DNA of 32,000 nt from Thermofilum pendens Hrk 5 (GTDB lineage Archaea > Thermoproteota > Thermoprotei > Thermofilales > Thermofilaceae): the NCBI RefSeq assembly GCF_000015225.1, contig NC_008698.1:930001-962000 (forward strand). Direction: 5' to 3'. This document shows, piece by piece, positions 8,797-14,931 of this stretch; within the stretch, counting starts at the first letter, position 1; each line of letters opens with the position of its first letter. The notes beneath the pieces were generated by a model that was not told the DNA's origin, made no database searches, and saw only the letters and a program-made list of their open reading frames with translations. A program made the position numbers and the translations under genes.

Positions 8797-8823
8797 TGTT
8801 TTGAGTTTTAATTTTTGAGGCTG

Positions 8824-9723
8824 ATGAAGGCGGTTACTTTCCTCAGCGTGAAGGGTGGCGTTGGGAAGACTACGCTCGCTGTTAACACCGCGGCTATGCT
8901 TGCCGATAGAGTTGGGGGTAGCGAGAAGGTTCTCGTCGTGGACTTGGATGCCCAGGCGAGCGCCACCGTGTATATTCTTGGGCATAAAAAGCAGAGAGGC
9001 TTTGAGGAAAGCAACCACACGGTCTACGGGTTGCTGAGTGGGGGTGTAGAGGCGCGTGACTGTGTGGTTAACGTCTCTGAGCATACGGATAAGTGGAGTT
9101 CTAGGCTTTACCTTGTCCCGGGGGACTCGAGGGTCACTGAGCTTGAGAGGAGGATAGTTGCGGAGAGTGCGGCGGGGGGTTACGGTTGGCTGTATATCGT
9201 TAGAAGGGCTCTCGAGAAGCTATCCGGGGAGGGCTTCAGCTATGTTTTCATAGATCCTCCGGCTACGCTGGGTGTTCTTTCTGAGGCGGCGCTTGCGGCT
9301 TCGAGGTACTTTATACTCCCCATAGTTCCCGACGACTTTGGTCGTACGTCGTTCAGGCTCTTCGCGAGCAGCTTCTTCAGCGGAGTTGCTATGAAGATCA
9401 GGACTGAGCTGGGCACGTTGCCTCTCTGTGGAGGCATAGTCTTCAATAAAGTGAAGTCAAATACTGCTATGGAGAAAATAGCCAATAGTATAGTGGAGGA
9501 GGTGCACAAGAGTAAGTTGTACGGCAAGTACCCGATTCCTTTGTATAAGACAAGGTTACATGAATATATAGCCTATACAAAATCTCTTGAAGAGCATGTC
9601 CCGTTGTGGAATATTAAAGAAAAGAAAAAACATGAGAATGCTATAAAAGAGTTCGAAGAATACTTCGATGAGTTCTACGAGTACGTTGTAAGGGATAAAG
9701 CGGCAGCAGGCGGGCAGGTTTGA
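8824..9723 (+). CDS. ParA/MinD-family P-loop ATPase (module 1)
   Basis: Deviant Walker A 'SVKGGVGKTTLAVN' (nt 8851-8874), 'VLVVDLDAQASAT', 'YVFIDPPATLG'. Track ORF starts at TTG 8815; the in-frame ATG at 8824 is more plausible. Confidence 0.8.
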   Translation: MKAVTFLSVKGGVGKTTLAVNTAAMLADRVGGSEKVLVVDLDAQASATVYILGHKKQRGFEESNHTVYGLLSGGVEARDCVVNVSEHTDKWSSRLYLVPGDSRVTELERRIVAESAAGGYGWLYIVRRALEKLSGEGFSYVFIDPPATLGVLSEAALAASRYFILPIVPDDFGRTSFRLFASSFFSGVAMKIRTELGTLPLCGGIVFNKVKSNTAMEKIANSIVEEVHKSKLYGKYPIPLYKTRLHEYIAYTKSLEEHVPLWNIKEKKKHENAIKEFEEYFDEFYEYVVRDKAAAGGQV

Positions 9724-10163
9724 GAGATTTCGCGAATGAAGGCGAGGTTTACCGTTTTCTCAGGTGGAAGCTTAGGGAACTTTGGGGGGCGAGGGTTGAG
9801 GAGCGCTATGGCCTTGGTAGGTTGTCGCCGGACGTGGATCTTCTCGTCGTGGCTGGTGGCGGGGTTTTCGGGCTGGAGGTGAAGTACTTTCAGGATAGGC
9901 CTCTTAGGGCTTACGAGGGGCTGGGGGAGGCGCTTGCGCTTTTGCTTTACTGTTTCGATGGGGTTTACTTGGTTCACGTGTTTGATTCTTCGCTTCGCGG
10001 GGTTTACGGAGAGGTTGTGGAGAGGGCTCTTAGGCTTGTGGATTTGACGCCTTTGGGCTACGTCGTCGTGGTGGGCCGCGGCGATCCCGAGGTGTTGCGT
10101 GTGCCTCGGGGTAACCCGTTCAAGCTTAGGGGTGAGTGCGAGGCGGTGGGACAGGACGCGTAG
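9720..10163 (+). CDS. small PD-(D/E)xK-fold (Hjc-like) protein, partner of ParA-like ATPase
   Basis: TTG start overlaps the ParA stop (TTGA). 'SPDVDLLVVAGGGVFGLEVKY' gives a D...E-x-K core (EVK nt 9876-9884) after an N-terminal helix bearing Glu. Followed by 'YEGLGEALAL', shared with the 128-aa protein at 20294-20680. The fold call is inferred from motif spacing only. Confidence 0.55.
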   Translation: MRDFANEGEVYRFLRWKLRELWGARVEERYGLGRLSPDVDLLVVAGGGVFGLEVKYFQDRPLRAYEGLGEALALLLYCFDGVYLVHVFDSSLRGVYGEVVERALRLVDLTPLGYVVVVGRGDPEVLRVPRGNPFKLRGECEAVGQDA

Positions 10164-10206
10164 GCTTTTCTTCCAGGCGCTTTTCCAGGCTTTCTTCGTG
10201 CCTGGG

Positions 10207-10223
10207 GTTCTCGTGGCGAGAAC
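10207..10223. terminator. 7-bp perfect hairpin (GTTCTCG-TGG-CGAGAAC) between convergent genes
   Basis: Inverted repeat read directly from the sequence, flanked upstream by pyrimidine/T-rich runs (cttttcttcc, cttttcc, ctttcttc). Function not established. Confidence 0.25.
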
Positions 10224-10253
10224 GCTGGTACGCGTGTGGCGGCGCTTGGAGGG

Positions 10254-11264
10254 CTAGGTGTTCGTGTATACTTCTATTCCGAGTTGTTTTGCGGCTTTTA
10301 GTGCTTCTTCTTCTATGAAGGGTGTTACGAGGACTAGTCTTGGCTTTGTGCCGGTTTTCTTCTCGTATAGGCGTCCGAGCCTCCAGAGCTTTGCTATGTC
10401 TCCGCTGGAGGCGCTGGGTTTTACTTCGATGAGTACGTGTACCTTGTCTTTTATCAGTATGTCTGCTTCGACCCTGGAGGGGTATCCGAGGACTTCGCCG
10501 TCTTCGTCGTAGTAGACCCACCTGAGGACTTCGCCTGCGCCTAGTATTTCCTCGACGACTCCCCTCATGGCTTCTCTGAAAGCGGCTTCCGACTCGATGC
10601 CCCACCTGGCGCCCAGCGCTATGAGGCGTCTCTCGAAGGAGTCCATCTTTCTCGCGAGGATCCCTTGCTCCTCTCTGAGAGACTTCACTTCTTTCCACAG
10701 CTTTCCTTGCTCTTCTCTCAGCGCCTTAACCTCTTCCCATAGTTTCTCCTGTCCCTCTCTAAGAGCTTTCACTTCCTCCCACAGCTTTTCCTGGTTCTCC
10801 CTCAGAGCTTTTACCTCCTCCCACAGCTTCCTTACCTCTTCCCAGAGCTTCTCCTGTCCCTCTCTCAGTGCCTTGACCTCCTCCCAGAGCCTCTGCTGGC
10901 CTTCCCACAACTTCCCCTGGTCCTCTCTCAGCGCTCTAACCTCCTCCCATAGCTTTTCCTGGTTTTCTCTGAGAGCCTTAACTTCCTCCCACAGCCTCCT
11001 CTGATCCTCTCTCAGCGCCTTAACTTCTTCCCATAGCTTTCCCTGCCCCTCTCTGAGGGACTTCACTTCTTCCCACAGTTTTTCCTGGTTTCTCCACAGT
11101 TGCTCCTGTCCCTCCCTCAGCGCCCTTATCTCGTTCAGCGTTGCGTCCATCTTCTCGAGCAAATCCCTGAATCCCAGCAAACCGGCTAAAGCGTACCTAA
11201 GCTCCCTATCCTCCTCCAAAGCCTTAACCAACCGCTCCCACTCCCCCCTACCCAGCGCCGCCAC
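10254..11264 (-). CDS. coiled-coil repeat protein with C-terminal PD-(D/E)xK domain (DUF3782-like architecture)
   Basis: 336-aa ORF, GTG start. The middle ~160 aa are heptad-based 'LWEEVKALREGQEK' repeats. C-terminus 'RVEADILIKDKVHVLIEVKPS' has the D...E-x-K motif (EVK nt 10419-10427). This architecture recalls archaeal proteins often mis-annotated as chordopoxvirus fusion protein. Confidence 0.7.
   Translation of the reverse strand: MAALGRGEWERLVKALEEDRELRYALAGLLGFRDLLEKMDATLNEIRALREGQEQLWRNQEKLWEEVKSLREGQGKLWEEVKALREDQRRLWEEVKALRENQEKLWEEVRALREDQGKLWEGQQRLWEEVKALREGQEKLWEEVRKLWEEVKALRENQEKLWEEVKALREGQEKLWEEVKALREEQGKLWKEVKSLREEQGILARKMDSFERRLIALGARWGIESEAAFREAMRGVVEEILGAGEVLRWVYYDEDGEVLGYPSRVEADILIKDKVHVLIEVKPSASSGDIAKLWRLGRLYEKKTGTKPRLVLVTPFIEEEALKAAKQLGIEVYTNT
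10659..11132 (-). repeat. in-frame tandem 42-bp (14-aa) repeat array
   Basis: Nine full 14-aa units (LWEEVK[A/S]LRE[GDNE]Q[EGR][KR]), three 7-aa half units (LWRNQEK, LWEGQQR, LWEEVRK) and a degenerate first unit. Visible in the DNA as reiterated ctcttcccanagctt...ctctctcagngcctt. Confidence 0.85.
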
Positions 11265-11343
11265 CAGCCAAACCCGAGAAAAACTAACCGGAAGTATTTA
11301 AAATGGTTTTCTGGAAGGGGGTTGGCTCGGCGTGTTTTGGGTG

Positions 11344-11688
11344 TTAGTCGTGTTTTTCGGGCTCGATGACTACGGCTGTGCCTGTGGCTGTTACGACTAT
11401 GAAGCCTTCGAGTATTTCCGAGGTTTCGAAGTTTACTCCTATCACGGCGTTGGCGCCTAGCTTGGAGGCTTCGGCTACCATGTCCTGTAGTGCCTCGTCT
11501 CTCGCTTTCTTCAACTCCTCTATGTAAGCTTCGCCCCGCCCGCCTACGAGTGCTTCGACGCTGGCCGCGAGTCTTCCCAGCACTCCCCTCGTCCTCACTC
11601 TCATCCCGGTGACTATTCCTAGAACTTTGACTACCCTGTACCCCGGCACCGAGTGTGTAGTCGAGATTATCACGTGTTCTGCTTCCAC
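11344..11688 (-). CDS. YbjQ/UPF0145 (DUF74) family protein
   Basis: 114 aa: 'ISTTHSVPGYRVVKVLGIVTG...RGEAYIEELKKARDEALQDMVAEASKLGANAVIGVNFE' is the typical YbjQ-family pattern. Confidence 0.8.
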   Translation of the reverse strand: MEAEHVIISTTHSVPGYRVVKVLGIVTGMRVRTRGVLGRLAASVEALVGGRGEAYIEELKKARDEALQDMVAEASKLGANAVIGVNFETSEILEGFIVVTATGTAVVIEPEKHD

Positions 11689-11712
11689 GAGGACCGCTAT
11701 AAAGTCGTCGCT

Positions 11713-12048
11713 TTAGCCTACCTTGATCATCGCTTTGCCGGCCCACCTCGCTAGCTCCTCTCTGCTCGCTACGTGTATCTCTACGGGCGCGTCTACTGGG
11801 AGCGAGTACTTCTCGACTGCCCTGTCGACTATGTCCGCCGGGAGGTACTTCCTGTCCTCGTTGCCCGCCTTCTCCAGCACTACGAGGATGTCTATGTCGC
11901 TAAGCACGGTGGCCCTGCCCTCGGCGACGCTCCCGACAACGTATACCTCGGCGTCCGGCCTCAGGTCCTTAGCCGCCTTGGCGACGGCCTCGGCGTACTC
12001 GCGCCACCTCCTCAAGTGCGCGAAGTGGTACTTAACCCAGCTTGACAT
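11713..12048 (-). CDS. minimal nucleotidyltransferase (MNT), HEPN-partner type
   Basis: 'VYVVGSVAEGRATVLSDIDILVV' carries the GS...DxD pol-beta NTase motif. ATG 12048 overlaps the upstream HEPN gene by 17 nt (track start 12063). Confidence 0.8.
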   Translation of the reverse strand: MSSWVKYHFAHLRRWREYAEAVAKAAKDLRPDAEVYVVGSVAEGRATVLSDIDILVVLEKAGNEDRKYLPADIVDRAVEKYSLPVDAPVEIHVASREELARWAGKAMIKVG

Positions 12049-12448
12049 TCTCGGCGACCTCATCGAGTAGCTTGATCAAGTCTTTAACGGTGGCCGCGAG
12101 CCTTTCGACGTCCTTCGCCGAGTACTCGGCTTCGCCGTACCTGCTAGCGGTGTACGCTTCTTCGAGCAGTACGAGCTCCCTCCTCCTGCCGTCGACGAAG
12201 CCCAGGATCCTCCCCGCGGCCTCGCCGAAGCCGTAGGACTCGAGCTCCCTGGCGAGGAGCCCCAGTAGCTCCCTCACTCCGTGCCCGCGAGTCTCCCTGC
12301 CTACGAGCTCGAGTAGCGTAGCCTTCACGTAGAGCTGGGCCGCCTGCTCCAGGAAGAACGCCGCGAGATCCGCGTTCTTTGCGCTTAGGGCTTCGTCGAG
12401 GAAGTCCAGCGCTCTTCTCTTAAGCCTGGCTACGAGCTCTCCGCTCAT
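12032..12448 (-). CDS. HEPN domain protein
   Basis: 138 aa, all-helical character. 'RETRGH' fits the Rx4-6H HEPN motif. Directly upstream of and overlapping an MNT gene. TATA-like 'ttattctatagcc' (minus strand) ~25 nt upstream. Confidence 0.75.
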   Translation of the reverse strand: MSGELVARLKRRALDFLDEALSAKNADLAAFFLEQAAQLYVKATLLELVGRETRGHGVRELLGLLARELESYGFGEAAGRILGFVDGRRRELVLLEEAYTASRYGEAEYSAKDVERLAATVKDLIKLLDEVAENVKLG

Positions 12449-12564
12449 TCACTGTTAGCGGGGTGAAGGCTATAGAATAACGTTTCGCAGAGCCTCGAAG
12501 AGCTCCCAGGTGGAAGCGGCTTCTTCGGCTTCCAGGCCCACGGCGTGTTTCCGCCGGCGCCGCG

Positions 12565-13056
12565 CTACTTCTCGCGCGTTCCGAGCGCCTTCACGAATAT
12601 CGCCGGTAGGACCTCCCTGGCGAGGAGGACGGGTACTATGAACACGTTGCGCCCCTCTACGGGCTCGAAGCCGAGCCTCCTCTCGAATTCCCTCCTGGTA
12701 GCCTCCTTCCTCAACCCGTTCGAGAGCCTCCGCGGCGCGTTCGTTACTACGACCACGGTGAACGCTACGTCCCCGTACCTCGACCTGTACTCCTCTACGA
12801 GCCCCTCTAGCCTGGAGCAGAGCGCCCCGAAGTACCTTGCGGCGCCCCCGGTGTCGTGGCCTACTTCTATCTCGACGAACATCACCGCGTCTACCTTGCC
12901 CCCAGAGCTGTGCTCGATAACCACGTCTGGCCCCCTGGCCTGCCCCGGGGAGGCTTTAACGCTCCACCCGAACACCTCGGCGAGTATCTTCACGTACTCG
13001 ACCGTGAAGTCGTGCAGAGTCTCCCTCGACATACCCTGAGCCTGGAGTTCCTTCAA
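12565..13056 (-). CDS. hypothetical protein (weak restriction-endonuclease-like motif)
   Basis: 163-aa ORF with high GC3. 'GPDVVIEHSSGGKVDAVMFVEIEVGHD' loosely resembles a D...ExE/K nuclease core, but it is not diagnostic. Start is TTG 13056 or ATG 13032. Confidence 0.5.
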   Translation of the reverse strand: MKELQAQGMSRETLHDFTVEYVKILAEVFGWSVKASPGQARGPDVVIEHSSGGKVDAVMFVEIEVGHDTGGAARYFGALCSRLEGLVEEYRSRYGDVAFTVVVVTNAPRRLSNGLRKEATRREFERRLGFEPVEGRNVFIVPVLLAREVLPAIFVKALGTREK

Positions 13057-13092
13057 GGGTAAAAAGGCTTACCGTTTTCCCGGGCGCAATGC

Positions 13093-13102
13093 TTAAATAT
13101 TT
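13093..13102. promoter_or_regulatory. near-palindromic A/T box (TTAAATATTT) in divergent intergenic region
   Basis: The only A/T-rich element in the 77-bp spacer between 13056 (-) and 13134 (+). It sits 32-41 nt from ATG 13134; GGTGAG lies 6 nt upstream of that ATG. Confidence 0.35.
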
Positions 13103-13133
13103 CGTGAATTATCACGTAAATCGGTGAGACGGG

Positions 13134-13385
13134 ATGGGTTGGGGTTGGTGGGGTGGGTGGCCTGGTAGGGGTCCTTTCAGCTACCTGCCGCCTTGGCAGA
13201 GGCCCGGCTGGGTGTTCGGTAGGGGTGCTTGCTGGTGGCTGCTAGGCGGACCCTGGACGCCGTGGACATACTACCCATGGACACCTTACTACTCCGCACC
13301 ATACTACTATGCATACTACCCAACGCCCTACTACCCGGCGCCGTACGCGTACTGGCAGGCTAGGTACTGGTGGCCCTGGTGGTGA
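13134..13385 (+). CDS. Trp/Tyr/Pro/Gly-rich micro-protein (83 aa)
   Basis: ATG preceded by GGTGAG and a TATA-like box. First gene of a co-directional cluster. 16 W + 15 Y in 83 aa, with no D/E/K/H/I/N. Its coding status is not proven. Confidence 0.5.
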   Translation: MGWGWWGGWPGRGPFSYLPPWQRPGWVFGRGACWWLLGGPWTPWTYYPWTPYYSAPYYYAYYPTPYYPAPYAYWQARYWWPWW

Positions 13386-13390
13386 GCTGG

Positions 13391-13606
13391 ATGTACTGGT
13401 ACTACTACTTCCCGGGTGGCTGGTACCCGCCGTACTGGTACCCGGTGCCTTACCCTGACCCAGTGTCCCTGATGTACGCTTGGTCCTACATGTGGTCCTA
13501 CTGGCTCTCAACGATATACTACATCGAGATGTACAAGGCGATGCTGGAGGCTTGGAGGAAGATGGTCGAGGCAACGTTCAAGGCTCCCGTAGTACCCACG
13601 GGGTAG
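13391..13606 (+). CDS. Tyr/Trp/Pro-rich micro-protein with C-terminal helix (71 aa)
   Basis: ATG 13391 follows GGTGGTGA (which includes the upstream stop) by 5 nt; track start is GTG 13370. 14 Y + 7 W. Ends in an ordinary amphipathic stretch 'IEMYKAMLEAWRKMVEATFK'. Confidence 0.45.
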   Translation: MYWYYYFPGGWYPPYWYPVPYPDPVSLMYAWSYMWSYWLSTIYYIEMYKAMLEAWRKMVEATFKAPVVPTG

Positions 13607-13621
13607 CGCGGGTGGAGCTTT

Positions 13622-14056
13622 TTGGGCTACGGGTACGGTAGGCGAGGGTGGGGAGGCTTTGAGGGCGGCGCCTCCTGGGCTTCGGCGCAGATGCCGCCGC
13701 TACCCCCTCCTCCCCCTGGGACGCTAAGGGTCGCCGCGGGCACGGATACGGCGGACGGGCTCAACGCCCCCGTGTCGGCGAGGTTTGCCAGGACGCCCTT
13801 CCTGACCATTGTGGACATCGTGGACGGGAGGGCTACGAGGGTCGAGCCCATGCCTAACGCCTTCGCATCAGGCGCCGGCGGCGTCGGCGCTGCTGTCGGG
13901 CAGTGGCTCCTGAGCTCCGGTGTCAGCGTGGTCGTAGCCCCGAGCCTGGGCCCGAACATCTCGATGATCTTGGGGCAGGCGGGCGTCAGGGTCGAGGTCG
14001 TGCCTCCCGGCGTCCCCCTGGGCGAGGCGTTGAAGAGGCTGGGCCTGCTGAGGTGA
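13622..14056 (+). CDS. NifX/NifB-C-terminal-like (FeMo-cofactor-binding fold, COG1433-like) protein
   Basis: 'APVSARFARTPFLTIVDIVDG...GAGGVGAAVGQWLLSSGVSVVVAPSLGPNISMILGQAGVRV' matches the NifX-family pattern. TTG start gives a Gly/aromatic N-terminal tail 'GYGYGRRGWGGFEGG'. Alternative ATG at 13691. Confidence 0.7.
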   Translation: MGYGYGRRGWGGFEGGASWASAQMPPLPPPPPGTLRVAAGTDTADGLNAPVSARFARTPFLTIVDIVDGRATRVEPMPNAFASGAGGVGAAVGQWLLSSGVSVVVAPSLGPNISMILGQAGVRVEVVPPGVPLGEALKRLGLLR

Positions 14057-14928
14057 TTTTTTTGGAGGTAGTCGTGGCGAGCGGGAAGGGGGGTACTGGT
14101 AAGACTTTTTTCTCTTCTAACCTCGCCGTCTACCTGCGGGACAGGGGAGGCTGCGTAGCGGCGGACGCCGACGTGGAGGCGCCGGACTTCCTGCTCGCGC
14201 TCGGCGGGGCCCGGAGGGTTCTCTGGAGGGAGGAGTTCCGGGGGGTTAGGCGCCCCGTGGTGGACTACTCTGCCTGCGTCAAGTGCTGGGCGTGCGTGGA
14301 TGCCTGCCAGTTCAACGCTATCCGGAGGGGGCCGGAGGGACCCGTCGTGGACTACGATAGGTGCGAGGGCCTCGGGACGTGCGCGTTCGTCTGCCCAGCC
14401 GGGGCTATAGGCTTCGCGGAGGAGAGGGCCGGCGAGATCTACGCCGCCGAGACGGAGCACGGTGTCACCGTGGTTACCGGGGACCTCGAGCTGGGGGGAG
14501 GCGCTAGCGGTAGGCTGGTCTACGAGCTCAAGGAGAGGGCCCGCAGGCTCTCGTCCGGGGCGGCGAGGTACGTCGTCGTCGACGCGGCGCCGGGGATCGG
14601 GTGCCCCGTGGTGTCGAGCGTCGCTGGGGCCGACTTGCTGGTCGTAGTGGTGGAGCCTACTCCTCAGTCCGCGAAGGGCGCCGCGCGGCTCCTCGAAGTC
14701 GCGGGGGCTCTGCGCGTAAAGGCGGTAGCCGTTGTCAACAAGTACGACTTGAACCCGAGCTACGCGGCGAGGCTCGAAGGAGAGCTCGGCGTGGATGTCG
14801 CCGGGCGAATACCGTACGACGAGGCGGTGGCGCGCTCCTACGCCGAGATGAAGCCCCTCATAGTTGCGTACCCCTCCTCCAAGGCGGCGCGGGCGCTCCT
14901 AGACGTCTTCTCATCGCTGGGGGTGTGA
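14053..14928 (+). CDS. MinD/ParA-type P-loop ATPase with inserted ferredoxin domain (COG1149-like)
   Basis: GTG 14053 overlaps the upstream TGA (GTGA). The track ORF's earlier start (13903) would overlap the NifX-like gene out of frame. 'ASGKGGTGKTF' Walker A, 'CVKCWACVDAC' and 'CEGLGTCAFVCP' cluster motifs, 'VVVDAAPGIGCP'. Confidence 0.8.
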   Translation: MIFLEVVVASGKGGTGKTFFSSNLAVYLRDRGGCVAADADVEAPDFLLALGGARRVLWREEFRGVRRPVVDYSACVKCWACVDACQFNAIRRGPEGPVVDYDRCEGLGTCAFVCPAGAIGFAEERAGEIYAAETEHGVTVVTGDLELGGGASGRLVYELKERARRLSSGAARYVVVDAAPGIGCPVVSSVAGADLLVVVVEPTPQSAKGAARLLEVAGALRVKAVAVVNKYDLNPSYAARLEGELGVDVAGRIPYDEAVARSYAEMKPLIVAYPSSKAARALLDVFSSLGV

Positions 14929-14931
14929 ACT

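Noticed and set aside
10659-11132. Possible CRISPR array suggested by regularly spaced repeats
   Set aside because: The period is 42 bp with no unique spacers. The repeats are contiguous, in-frame and encode a heptad coiled coil within a 336-aa ORF. No cas genes are in the window.
10126-11746. Multiple alternative-frame ORFs (10126-10698 -, 10567-11004 +, 11186-11746 -)
   Set aside because: These are products of the tandem repeat and of high GC. Their translations are Arg/Ser-rich repeats. The LWEEVKALRE frame and the YbjQ frame explain the region.
13903-14052. N-terminal 50 codons of track ORF 13903-14928
   Set aside because: They overlap the NifX-like gene in another frame. The P-loop begins right after GTG 14053, which overlaps the upstream stop as GTGA, matching the length of the paralogue at 14932-15810.
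13627-14460. 277-aa minus-strand ORF
   Set aside because: Antisense to the NifX-like and first MinD-ferredoxin genes, both of which carry clear motifs. Pro/Gly/Arg-rich shadow.
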